DNA of 63,333 bases, filler included, from Chthonomonadaceae bacterium (GTDB lineage Bacteria > Armatimonadota > Chthonomonadetes > Chthonomonadales > Chthonomonadaceae): the NCBI GenBank assembly GCA_035650735.1. It is 5 parts of 5 records of this genome, joined end to end, with 100 filler letters (N's around TTAATTAATTAA, not from the genome) between each part and the next. Parts side by side here need not be neighbours in the genome. Positions count along the whole stretch, not along the records: positions 6,839 to 12,613 come from DASRGZ010000045.1; positions 12,714 to 39,216 come from DASRGZ010000046.1; 3 more parts are not named here. One strand, 5' to 3'. Shown here one piece after another: positions 9,148-18,529 of this stretch. The notes under the pieces were generated by a model. That model did not search any database. It was not told where the DNA came from and worked only from the letters and a program-made list of their open reading frames with translations. A program made the translations under genes and the position numbers. The first letter of the stretch is position 1; every line of letters starts with the position of its first letter.

Positions 9148-11034
9148 TTATAGCACACGGGCTTCCGGAAAACCTGCTTTATCGGTAGAATGGGCGGGAG
9201 GCGCGGGCGCCTCCACCCACTCCCAGACGCACACGCCGCTGCCGCGCGGGTCCTGCCAGGCCAGGCGCCACTGAGATGCATACTCGCGCAGATAGGGATC
9301 AAGATAGGTATGGCTATGCGCCCAATCCCAGGCGTCTTCCAGAATGTAGCGCACACGGCCCCGGCGAACGTACCAGGCTTGCGCGCGCGGCTTCTCGGCA
9401 GGCTCGATCTGGACGGTCGGGTGGCCGCTATACAGATGCACGAGGTATTGCGGTCGTCCCATGACGACGGCGTTGAAGGGCGCGTTGCGTCGGAGCCAGT
9501 CGCAGGCGGCGTAGAAGCCACCCTCCTCCGGCGTGCGCCCTAGCGCATAGCCGTGCGTCGTCACGGATCGCTCCGCCCGGATGGCGGCGGCATGGACGTG
9601 GCCGAAATAGGCCAGCAGCAACAGCGCCCCTACCCCTTGCGCCAGGCGCGTCGGAAGCGTTCCGCTCTGTTTTTGAAGCCAGTGCGAGGCCCGCTCCACG
9701 CCCAGGTAGAGGTAGAGAATGAAAAACGGCAGCAGGGGAATCAGGAAGCGGGGGTTGCGCCAGGGCCACATCGCTGCAAACAGCCAGAACAGCGCCGTGA
9801 ACGCGCCGGAGAGAATCAGCCCACGCCGCCAGCCCTCCCCAAAGCCTATCAGGATAAGCAGGGTCAGCGGGACGGCCACGAGATAGAACAGGTAGAACCA
9901 GGGGGTGCCCAGACTCATGCTGTTGAGGAGGGCGCGCGGGATCATGCCGGTATAGGCGCTCATCCCGTGGTAAGCGCGCGAGGCCAGATCATGGGCGGTG
10001 AAGTCAATGCGTCCCGCGCCGGGCCGCATCGGGTCGCGCAGGAAGAACTGATCGGCGTAGGTGCTGTACCGGATTTCGGGATGGCGCAGGATGATGCGCC
10101 GATTGCGTAGCTGCCAGCCGCCCACGACCGCCAGCGCCACGAGCAGGGCCGCCACGCCCCACTTCCATCCGTACCGCCGCCAGAGCCAAACGATCTCGAC
10201 GAGCAGGAGCGCGACCGCCGCCGTGCGCACCAGGAACGCCGCCGCCGCGTACAGCAGCGAGAGCGCGGGCCGCACCCAGCGGGTTCCTAACCCCCCGTCC
10301 CCCTTCCCTACCAGCTCGTTCCTCGCTAGGGAGGGGAGTGCCCCGGCTTCTGCCGGCCCTTCTCCCTTGGAGGGAGAAGGGCCGGGGATGAGGGTAGATA
10401 AGGCAGAGCCGAACAACCTGGAAGGGGAGCCGCTCCCCTCTCCTTTAGAAGGAGAGGGGTCGGGGGTGAGGTCTTTAGTCGCCGTAGGGTGACTTCGTGC
10501 CTTGGTTGCCGCGAATTCATTCGCCCGCTTCCCGCCATCCTCTATTAGCACGACCGAAGCCAGGCACAGGAACAGGAACGGTATCTCCGACATCACCTCA
10601 TTGGCGAAGGCGATGAGGGCGGGGCAGAGGGCGGCGGTGAGCAGGGCGGCGGCGCGGTAGGCGAAGGGCAGGCGGGCGCGCTCCAGTAGAACAGAGAGCA
10701 GGGGCAACGCAGCGATGAGCAGCGCAACCTGAGTGAGCTTGACCAGCAGCACGACGCCGCCCGGCTCGCGCCCGGTCGCCAGCAGCCAGAAGGCGATGAG
10801 GGCCGGAAAGCCAGGCGGATAGAGCGTATCCAGGGGACGGCGCGCGTCGTTGAGCAGGCGCAGGTCGCCGGTTTTCGCCAGCGACTCGCCCAGCACCATG
10901 TAACGGCCTGCATCGTCAGCCGGGTTCAAAAACGGAGTGACCTGCGCCGCCCATAACCCCAGAATGAGCGCCGCGCAGGCCAGGATCAGAGTTAGCCGTA
11001 AACGACTGCGAATGAACGCAAATACATCCTTCAT
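9148..11034 (-). CDS. Polytopic GT-C (ArnT/PMT-like) membrane glycosyltransferase with an in-frame palindromic repeat insertion
   Basis: DDAGRY…YPPGFPALIA, MSEIPFLFL, RTAAVALL, RFLIPLLP; many transmembrane segments. Confidence 0.75.
   Translation of the reverse strand: MKDVFAFIRSRLRLTLILACAALILGLWAAQVTPFLNPADDAGRYMVLGESLAKTGDLRLLNDARRPLDTLYPPGFPALIAFWLLATGREPGGVVLLVKLTQVALLIAALPLLSVLLERARLPFAYRAAALLTAALCPALIAFANEVMSEIPFLFLCLASVVLIEDGGKRANEFAATKARSHPTATKDLTPDPSPSKGEGSGSPSRLFGSALSTLIPGPSPSKGEGPAEAGALPSLARNELVGKGDGGLGTRWVRPALSLLYAAAAFLVRTAAVALLLVEIVWLWRRYGWKWGVAALLVALAVVGGWQLRNRRIILRHPEIRYSTYADQFFLRDPMRPGAGRIDFTAHDLASRAYHGMSAYTGMIPRALLNSMSLGTPWFYLFYLVAVPLTLLILIGFGEGWRRGLILSGAFTALFWLFAAMWPWRNPRFLIPLLPFFILYLYLGVERASHWLQKQSGTLPTRLAQGVGALLLLAYFGHVHAAAIRAERSVTTHGYALGRTPEEGGFYAACDWLRRNAPFNAVVMGRPQYLVHLYSGHPTVQIEPAEKPRAQAWYVRRGRVRYILEDAWDWAHSHTYLDPYLREYASQWRLAWQDPRGSGVCVWEWVEAPAPPAHSTDKAGFPEARVL
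10286..10530. repeat. Palindromic repeat cluster inside the glycosyltransferase gene
   Basis: CCTAACCCC…GGGGTGAGG termini (10286-10471), internal CCCTCTCC-N-GGAGAGGG hairpins, plus GCGAATTCATTCGC palindrome near 10512. Confidence 0.85.
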
Positions 11035-11076
11035 GAAAACTTGTTCATAGCCCGCTGCTTTGCGATTTTCGGGAAT

Positions 11077-12390
11077 TCACCAATCCATCACGGAGCCGTC
11101 GGCGCGGCGCGTAACCGGAAGATAGGCGCGCTCATAGGGGTATTTGGCCGCCGCTTCCTCGTTAATATCTGTGCCCAGGCCGGGCGTGTCGGCGACCTGC
11201 AGGTAGCCGTCCTTGAACGTCGGAGCGCCGGGCATCACCTCATGGACGACCTCCGGGAAGAATACCATCTCCTGCACGCCGAAGTTGGGAATAGCGATGT
11301 CGAGATGGACATTGGCGGCGTGGGTCATGGGGGCGATATCGCCGGGGCCGTGCCAGGCCGTCTGCACGTAGTAGCATTCGGCCAGGGCGGCGATCTTTCG
11401 GGCCTCCGTAATGCCGCCGATATGCCCCAGGTCGCAGCGAATGAAATCGATCAACTGCTCGGTGATAAGCGGCAGGCACTCCCATTTGGTATGGAAAAGC
11501 TCGCCCATCGCAAGGGGAGTGGTGGCGTGGTGACGTATCAGGCGGAAGCTCTCCTTATGCTCCGGGCGCAGCGGGTCTTCCAGGAAGAAGAGGTGATACG
11601 GCTCCAACTCCTTTGCCAGCCGCGCCGCCTGGATGGGCGTCAGGCGTTCGTGGACATCATGGAACAGTTCGATCTCGTCGCCGAGTTTGTCGCGCAGGTG
11701 GGCGAACAGCTTGGGGATGGTGCGCAGATAGGGCGATGGCTCCCAGGTCTCCACGTAGGGCATCGGCCCACCGTCGCCCCAGGAGGAAGGTAAATCCTGG
11801 TTGGCGCTGAGCGCCGGGTCGGTTTCGATAACCTGCTCTTTGACCTCCGACGGCGGGGCATTTCCCGGCCTCCAACGCGCGGTGGCCGCCTCCTTGCCGC
11901 CGCCCGCGCCGTAGGTGCCGACGTTGCCGGGAATGGCGACCTGCGCCCGCACGACCTTGAAGCCCCGCTCCATGAACCGACGCGCATTGTCCTCAACCTC
12001 GATAAAGTCCCTGCCGCCCGCATGGGTGTAGGCCAGCGCGCCGTGGCGGGTCTTGCCGCCGAGCAGCGAGTAGACCGGCAGGCCCGCCCGTTTGCCCTTG
12101 ATGTCCCAGAGCGCCGTATCTACCCCCGCCAGCGCCGTCATCAGCACCGGGCCGCCGCGCCAGTAGGCGCCGCGAAACAGCGATTGCCAGATGTCCTCAA
12201 TGCGGTCGGGGTCGCGCCCGATCAGCAGCGGGCCGATATGCTCTTTGAGGGCAGCGGCGACGGCCAGCTCGCGCCCGTTGAGCGTGGCGTCGCCCACCCC
12301 GTAGAGGCCCGGCTCGTCGGTCAGTATCTTGACGATCACGTAGTTGCGGCCCGGACAGGTGACAATCGTGCGGACTTCGGTGATTTTCAT
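11077..12390 (-). CDS. Enolase-superfamily sugar-acid dehydratase (ManD/RspA-like)
   Basis: TCPGRNYV, GVGDATLNGRELAV, YWRGGPV, ALWDIKGK, HDVHERL, FFLEDP, AMGELF, TAWHGPGD. Start placed at MKITEVR. Confidence 0.9.
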   Translation of the reverse strand: MKITEVRTIVTCPGRNYVIVKILTDEPGLYGVGDATLNGRELAVAAALKEHIGPLLIGRDPDRIEDIWQSLFRGAYWRGGPVLMTALAGVDTALWDIKGKRAGLPVYSLLGGKTRHGALAYTHAGGRDFIEVEDNARRFMERGFKVVRAQVAIPGNVGTYGAGGGKEAATARWRPGNAPPSEVKEQVIETDPALSANQDLPSSWGDGGPMPYVETWEPSPYLRTIPKLFAHLRDKLGDEIELFHDVHERLTPIQAARLAKELEPYHLFFLEDPLRPEHKESFRLIRHHATTPLAMGELFHTKWECLPLITEQLIDFIRCDLGHIGGITEARKIAALAECYYVQTAWHGPGDIAPMTHAANVHLDIAIPNFGVQEMVFFPEVVHEVMPGAPTFKDGYLQVADTPGLGTDINEEAAAKYPYERAYLPVTRRADGSVMDW

Positions 12391-12477
12391 GACTGCGCGC
12401 TCCTGGGAGGTTTGCGGGTTGGTTCCCCATCTGCCGCGCCAATTCCTGCCGGGTTTCATGCGGCCCTCACTGCCTGT

Positions 12478-12613
12478 CCCGGCAGGCTAAACCCTGCCGC
12501 TGTGGGGCGCTGCCAGGGGCGGCGCTGCGCTCGCTCGACTGCCAGGGACGCCGCTCAACGGTTCGCGGCTCTGCCTGGCGATCTCCGCCTAGCCAGGCCC
12601 GCTGACTGCCAGG
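12478..12613. repeat. REP-like family A (CGGCAGGCTAAACCCTGCCG) followed by CTGCCAGG modules, at contig end
   Basis: Near-identical to 63190-63315. Confidence 0.88.
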
Positions 12614-12713
12614 NNNNNNNNNNNNNNNNNNNNNNNNNNNNNNNNNNNNNNNNNNNNTTAATTAATTAANNNNNNNNNNNNNNNNNNNNNNNNNNNNNNN
12701 NNNNNNNNNNNNN
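12614..12713. other. Artificial contig spacer
   Basis: N run with TTAATTAATTAA. Confidence 0.99.
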
Positions 12714-13983
12714 CCGGCTGTTCCACAATGAGGGAGGCAAGCGGTTTGTGGAGGTGACGGGGCAGGCGGGGGTGGGAGACGGGGGCTGGAGCACGAGCGC
12801 GGCCTGGCTGGACTACGACAACGACGGCAAGCTCGACCTGTTTGTCTGCCACTACCTGAAATGGTCGCCGCAGACCGACATTCCCTGCACCGCCAAAGGA
12901 TTTAAGTCCTATTGTCGTCCGCAGGAGTATCGCGGAGAATCGTGTCGCCTGTTCCATAACGAGGGCGGCGGGCGCTTCCGGGATGTGACGCGCCAGGCGG
13001 GGCTCTGGAACGAGAGCGCCAAAGCCCTGGGCGTCTTAACGGTGGATCTGGACGGGGATGGCCGGCAGGATCTCGTCGTCGCCAACGACATGGAGCCTAA
13101 CTTCGTCTACCATAACAACGGCAACGGGACGTTTACGGAGGTAGGCTTTCAGACGGGGATTTCTTTCGATGAGAGTGGGAGAGCGCGCGCCGGCATGGGC
13201 ATTGATGCGGCGGACGTCAACAATGACGGCACGCTGGGCTTGGCTGTCGGCAATTTCAGCTTCGAGGGCCTGGGCTTCTACCTCATTGCAGGCGCGCCGC
13301 CCTATAGCGACCGCGCCAAACAGGCCGGCCTCTATGCGCCGAGTTATCCCTACGTGACCTTCGGCCTCTTCTTCGCCGATTTTGACAACGACGGCTGGCA
13401 GGACCTCTTTATCACCAACGGCCATATCGAGGATACGGTCTCGCTCTCCAGCCCCGGCCAGACCTACCCGCAGCCCTGCATCCTGTTTCGCAACCTCGGC
13501 AACGGCGCCTTCGCGGATGTCAGCCGCGAAGCCGGCGCGGCGGTGACGCAGCCGCTTGTGGGGCGCGGGGCCTGCCGTGCCGACTTCGATAACGATGGCA
13601 GGCCGGACATTCTGCTGATCCCCAACGTCGGCGCACCTCGCCTGCTCCATAACGAAACCCCAACGCGCAATCACTGGCTCACCGTTCGGCTTATCGGCAC
13701 CAGGAGCAACCGCAACGCTTACGGCGCCAGGGTGGTGGTCAAGGTGGGCGGAAGGACGCAGACGGCCTACGCGCATAGCGGCTCCAGCTACCTGTCGGCG
13801 AGCGATGCGCGCCTTGCTTTCGGGCTGGGCGCGGCGGCCAGGGTAGACAGCGTGGCCGTGCGCTGGCCGAGCGGCCGCCGACAGGAGTGGACGAATCTGG
13901 CCCCGGATCGCATCTATCAACTGATCGAAGGGGCGGCAGAGGCCAGGCCGCAGAGCGTCACCCTGGCGCACTCGCGCGAATAA
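12714..13983 (+). CDS. CRTAC1-like FG-GAP repeat/ASPIC-UnbV protein, 5' partial
   Basis: Repeated DxDNDGxxD motifs, GRGACRADFDNDG, C-terminal GSSYLSAS…FGLG…VRWPSG. Confidence 0.9.
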
Positions 13984-13989
13984 GCTGCG

Positions 13990-14140
13990 CCCGGCCCTGA
14001 AGGACCGGGCTGTGGAAGACAAGCCCCCTGAAGGGGGCTACCCTTCCCTCTGGTAGCCTCGGAAGGGGGCTCACTCACCTCTGGCAGCCCCATTGATGGG
14101 GCTTGCCGTCCGCAGCCCACTCGTTTACGGGTGGGCGGCC
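13990..14140. repeat. Cluster of short palindromes between convergent genes
   Basis: CCCGGCCCTGAAGGACCGGG, AGCCCCCTGAAGGGGGCT, AGCCCCATTGATGGGGCT, GCCCAC…GTGGGC. Confidence 0.65.
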
Positions 14141-14160
14141 AGACTGAGGAGCCCTGCACT

Positions 14161-15003
14161 CTACTCGTGTGTGGCCCCGGCAGCGGCGCGCTGAGGGAGG
14201 GTCATCTCCACGACTGGCTTGCCGTCTCGCTCCCTCCAGACGCCGCACGGCCCGCCGTGCTCGCTGACGTCCAGCGTGACTTCCGAGCCGTCCATTCGCA
14301 GGACCGGGTGATAGTACTGGGCTACCTTCTCCGCATCGCCGACAATGTAGTGCCCGATCAGCGCGCGGCGGAACCGATCCCGACTGGTATTGGGGTAGCT
14401 GCCGTGGATGACGGAGCCGTTAAAGAACAGGACGTCACCCGGCTCCATAATTATTGGCGCGACCTCCATCCCTTCCGGCACCGGCACCGTAATATCGGTA
14501 AAGCTAATCTGCGTATCTGCCGGCTGCGTACAGAGGACGGGCAGGTTCTGGCTTCCCTTCACGATCTGCATGCAGCCGTTCTCCTCATCGCAGCGATCCA
14601 GGGCCATCCAGGCCGCCATGCAGGTTCCCGGCTGCACCCGCAGATAGAACTGGTCCTGGTGCAATGCCTGCCCGCGCGCGCCCGCCGGTTTAAAGTAGAG
14701 CATGGTCTGAACGGCATACGGCGCCACGCCCAGCAGTTCCGTCAGGCACGCGCCGATGCGCGGGTCCAGCATCCAGCGCAGGCTGATCTCATCCCAGCGA
14801 TGCATATGGATCATGCGCGGGTAGCGCTTCAGCGGGTCCTCGCTCGTCGGATCGACGCCATGAAAATCGCCCGGATAGGCGCCCGCGTGCCGCATCCGCA
14901 TGAAATGCTCGCCCAAGGTTTCCACTTCGTTCTGCGAGAAGAGAGAGGGCACGACCAGATATCCGTCGCGCGCGTAGTCTTCCCGTTGTCTGGCACTCAG
15001 CAT
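14161..15003 (-). CDS. Phytanoyl-CoA dioxygenase (PhyH) family 2OG-Fe(II) oxygenase
   Basis: YARDGYLVV, LHQDQFY, AWMALD…ENGCM, GDVLFF…IHGSYPN…RRA. Confidence 0.9.
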   Translation of the reverse strand: MLSARQREDYARDGYLVVPSLFSQNEVETLGEHFMRMRHAGAYPGDFHGVDPTSEDPLKRYPRMIHMHRWDEISLRWMLDPRIGACLTELLGVAPYAVQTMLYFKPAGARGQALHQDQFYLRVQPGTCMAAWMALDRCDEENGCMQIVKGSQNLPVLCTQPADTQISFTDITVPVPEGMEVAPIIMEPGDVLFFNGSVIHGSYPNTSRDRFRRALIGHYIVGDAEKVAQYYHPVLRMDGSEVTLDVSEHGGPCGVWRERDGKPVVEMTLPQRAAAGATHE

Positions 15004-15269
15004 AGTGTTCTCCTGGTGGAAGATGGAAGAATGGCAGCGTTCTTTTCGCCAATGACCTGCCGTTCCCCTGCTGCCGGAGGCATAGCAGAGTCCTGCCGTT
15101 TTCCTTTCGGGCGGCTAATGACCTTTGACCATCTAATCGGGTAGTTCTGAGACAGAAAAACTAGCCCATTAGAAAATCAAAGGTCATCAGCCGCAGCAAC
15201 AAGGGCACAAAACCTGCCTTCGCAGGTTCGTTTCTCCCTCTCTGCCGGAGGCAGAGCCGGATCGGACTC

Positions 15270-16217
15270 TCAGGGTGCTATCGATTCTATACGAATCTGG
15301 GCATGGACAACGTTGGCATAGAGCCTGCGGCGCTTTAAATCGAGCGTCAGCCCTTCCCAGGTGCAGGGCATGCCCTGAAAGGTGCCGGTCGCCGTCTCTG
15401 GACAGCGGATCACTTGATCTTTCAAGGACCAGAATACGCGCTCGGCCTGTATCGCGCCGTCCTTGAAGGTGCCACGAACGCCGCCCAGGCATTCGACCGT
15501 GCGCTCATCGGGGTCATAGCGCACCTGATTGGCAGAGAGCTGCACATCTTTGAGCGTGACCTGCGCGCCCGAGGGGCCCAGGATTCGACGTTCCGGGCGG
15601 CGCGTGCGCCGGTTGATCAGGTCTAGGATGGTCAGCGACTCGGCGCGCAGGCGGTCCCCGGCGCGCGTCTGGAAATCCACGCCACCCTCCAGCTTGAACT
15701 GCCACCGCACTTCGTAGAGCGGCCTCAGATCCGCAGGAATTGGGTCCAGCAGCCCGACGGCATATCGTCCGCGCCGGGCATGAAACGTGGCGGTCGGCGG
15801 CTCGCCTCTGGCGAGAGCAGAGCCATCCGGCGGAGAGGGTATACTATTCCCGGAGGGAAGCGCGGTCGGCCCTTCTCCAGAGTCGGCCTCCGGCGGAGGC
15901 TGGTAGAGTTTGCCGTTGCGAATGTCGCTGATGGTCGCGCTCTGAATGCTGGTGAGCGCAGCGCCCGGCAGACGTTCTAGGTCAATGCGCCCGGCCCACA
16001 GCGACCAGGTCTTGTGCCCGCGCACATAGTTTTCAAACGGCGTGCTCTCCAGCCGGACGGCGACCGTTCGCGCGGCGGTGTAGGCGGCGTGCGGCCAGGT
16101 ATCGGCGGTCGAATTGGCCCAGCGGTAGGCCAGGTAAAGCCCGACGGCAAGGCCCAACAGCGCGGCCCCGCCGAGCGCCCGAAGCAGGAGAGAGCGCGCG
16201 CGGGAGGGCTCTTTCAT
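15270..16217 (-). CDS. Membrane-anchored hypothetical protein, possibly LptC/LptA-like beta-jellyroll
   Basis: N-terminal TM helix; repeated beta motifs (LRAESL, LSANQVRYD, IQAERVFW). Confidence 0.55.
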   Translation of the reverse strand: MKEPSRARSLLLRALGGAALLGLAVGLYLAYRWANSTADTWPHAAYTAARTVAVRLESTPFENYVRGHKTWSLWAGRIDLERLPGAALTSIQSATISDIRNGKLYQPPPEADSGEGPTALPSGNSIPSPPDGSALARGEPPTATFHARRGRYAVGLLDPIPADLRPLYEVRWQFKLEGGVDFQTRAGDRLRAESLTILDLINRRTRRPERRILGPSGAQVTLKDVQLSANQVRYDPDERTVECLGGVRGTFKDGAIQAERVFWSLKDQVIRCPETATGTFQGMPCTWEGLTLDLKRRRLYANVVHAQIRIESIAP

Positions 16218-16374
16218 ATATACAACCCAACGGCAGGCATCTTAACGCGGACAAGCATATTCGTCGGCCCGGACAGAACAGACCCGTCTCCTGAACAAGC
16301 GAGACGGGTCCAAGCGGAGCGCGGTCTTTCTGGCATGCCGGAAAGACCGGAGATAGATCTATTATGCCACGCGA

Positions 16375-16902
16375 TCAGGGCGTAGGGCAAGGGCCGGGAG
16401 TGGGGGGTGTTTCGTTCTTGTTCCAGAGGCGGATATCGGCGAGCGCGACCTGGCCTGCCTGCAACGTTGGCAGCGAAGCGTCGCAGGGGCCGCCGCCGGG
16501 GCCGATGCCAGGGCCGTACCACACGCCCTGATACATGAAATAGTCCCCGTAATTTGCATCGTTGCTGACGACCCGGAACTTCTTGGCCGTCAGCGGTACG
16601 CCAGGGCGATTGAATTTGCCATCGGTTGTGCTCGTCGGGGCCGAAAGGCCGGTACCTACGACCTCAATTGTGGCGCTCGGAAACTCTACCGTACCGTCGG
16701 GTCGAGTGATCCCTACCACTCTGCCCGTCAGGGTAGCGGTTCCGGCCTGGCCTCCGCCACCACCGCCCCCGCCGCCGAGGCCGCCACCGCCCCCGCCACC
16801 ACCGCCACCGCAACCACTCAGAGCCAGGGAGACTGTCAGCACCAACAAGAGAGCAAGAGAAAATCGGAAGTGGGGGGGGTTCCAGAGCACCCATCTCCTC
16901 AT
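16375..16902 (-). CDS. Putative lipoprotein with poly-Gly linker and carboxypeptidase-regulatory-like domain
   Basis: Lipobox LSGC, long Gly run, ATLTGRVV…TTDGKF, GAGGAGG upstream of ATG 16902. Confidence 0.7.
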   Translation of the reverse strand: MRRWVLWNPPHFRFSLALLLVLTVSLALSGCGGGGGGGGGGLGGGGGGGGGQAGTATLTGRVVGITRPDGTVEFPSATIEVVGTGLSAPTSTTDGKFNRPGVPLTAKKFRVVSNDANYGDYFMYQGVWYGPGIGPGGGPCDASLPTLQAGQVALADIRLWNKNETPPTPGPCPTP

Positions 16903-17183
16903 AAAGACCTTCCTCCTCGATAGAATCATCGCTTTTGGGGGCCTTGCGACTCAGGTATTTGGGGGTAACTTGGGCTATTATACACATTCCGAGTGGAACG
17001 CGCAAGCATTTTTTCTGACCGACTGGCATAATCGGGCAGAGAAATTTGAATCGGACCTATTCAGGCGGCAACGCCGCTTCTCTACGGATTAAAATAGCCG
17101 ACTTGACTGTTCGCATGTCTGCTTTTTTCATGCCAGGCGGGGAGCGTAGCGCTTCTGAAGTTTGGTTGGAAATTGAGGATGGA

Positions 17184-17828
17184 ATGGAACGGCAGGAGTT
17201 ACTTTCAGAACGTGAGGCGGCGCTCCTCAGCGCACGGGAGCGGAGCTTCGATGCCCTGGCGGCGGAGGCCCAGGCCTGCGCGCGCTGTCCGCGACTGGCC
17301 GAGCGTGTCGCTGTGCTAAGCCGCGACAACGGCAGCCTGAGGCCGCGCGTCGTCTTTGTGGCGGAGGCTCCGGGCCGCAAGGGAGGCGACCGCACCCGCG
17401 TCCCGATGCAGGGAGACGACTCTGGCCGGCATTTCCGCTGGCTCATGGAGCAGGCGGGACTGCGCCCACAGGAGGTCTTTATCACTAACGCCGTGCTCTG
17501 CAATCCCCGCAAGCCCACCGGCGCCAACGACAGGCCGACCTCCGCCGAGATAGCCAACTGCTCCGATTTCCTGCGACGCCAATTGGACCTGCTGCAACCA
17601 GAACTGGTCGTCAGCGTGGGCGCGGTGGCGCTGGAGGCCCTGGGCCGCCTGGAGCCGCACGGACTGCGCCTGGCTGCCGACGTGGGCCGCTGTGTCGCCT
17701 GGCGGGGAACCCAACTTATCCCCGTCTACCATCCCAGCCCGCAGGTGGTCATCTCCCGGCGCTCGCTGGCCGAGCAGGCCGCCGATTGGCAGTCCATCCG
17801 CCAGGCCCTCTCCCTTCCCGGCGCTTGA
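17184..17828 (+). CDS. Uracil-DNA glycosylase family 4/5
   Basis: CARCPRL, FVAEAPG, ITNAVLCNP…RP…EIANC, YHPSP. Confidence 0.9.
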   Translation: MERQELLSEREAALLSARERSFDALAAEAQACARCPRLAERVAVLSRDNGSLRPRVVFVAEAPGRKGGDRTRVPMQGDDSGRHFRWLMEQAGLRPQEVFITNAVLCNPRKPTGANDRPTSAEIANCSDFLRRQLDLLQPELVVSVGAVALEALGRLEPHGLRLAADVGRCVAWRGTQLIPVYHPSPQVVISRRSLAEQAADWQSIRQALSLPGA

Positions 17829-17856
17829 ACCGTAAGCTGCGGCTCTGGCTTCTTTT

Positions 17857-17985
17857 TCAGGCTTCTAGAAGCACAGCCCCGCCCGCGTTATGCTGGTGTA
17901 TCTCTTTGATGTCGGCTTTCCACTGCTGCATATCGCGCGTGAACGCCAGCACTTGCTTGCCAATTTCGATAATCTGTTTGCCCAT
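17857..17985 (-). CDS. Small hypothetical coiled-coil protein, possibly truncated
   Basis: MGKQIIEIGKQVLAFTRDMQQWKADIKEIHQ…; starts 3 nt after the stop of the upstream small ORF. Confidence 0.4.
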   Translation of the reverse strand: MGKQIIEIGKQVLAFTRDMQQWKADIKEIHQHNAGGAVLLEA

Positions 17986-17988
17986 GCG

Positions 17989-18275
17989 CTAGGCTGTCGT
18001 CCGCAGCGCATCAACTTGTACGCGCAAACTGGATAGAACGGCATCCGTGTGCTCGGTGATTATCTTCGACTCGGCTTTCAAACGATCAATCTCAGCTTGA
18101 ACTTGCTGCATCAGGTTGTTGAGATGTCTTATCTCCGCAAGCATCTGCTCGATGGGCGAGAGTATGGTCTGTTCTGGGGACAAGGACAGAAGTTGAGGTG
18201 TCTTATCTCCGCAAGCATCTGCTCGATGACCGCTTCTATCTCGGCATCAGTCTGAGATGAAGTAAGATCTGCCAT
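17989..18275 (-). pseudogene. Small coiled-coil gene frameshifted by a 74-nt duplication plus insertion
   Basis: GGAGG RBS, ATG 18275 MADLTSSQTDAEIEAVIEQMLAEIRHLN. Removing one 74-nt unit restores a 70-aa ORF to the stop at 17989. Confidence 0.65.
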
Positions 18276-18529
18276 AATGCCTACCTCCCGTTGGTCCCTG
18301 CACCTTCAAGGAGATTATCGCCTCGCGGTTGGCGTTGACCATTCCGGTAATTATCTGTGAGTTAGAACGCAGTGTAGGCCACCTATATGATGGATGTATG
18401 GATACCCAACTCGCACAAGCCAGGTTTGACAGTCAGGAAGGGCGCGACAGCTTAAACATGCCGTGCTGTACCAAACCGCCATCCACCTGATGCGGCCATC
18501 TGCCCTGGCGGCAAACCACCTTCCCCGAT

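Noticed and set aside
18118..18228. Bona fide CRISPR array
   Set aside because: Only two repeats, the repeat is coding sequence, and no cas genes or leader are seen. Kept as a finding instead.
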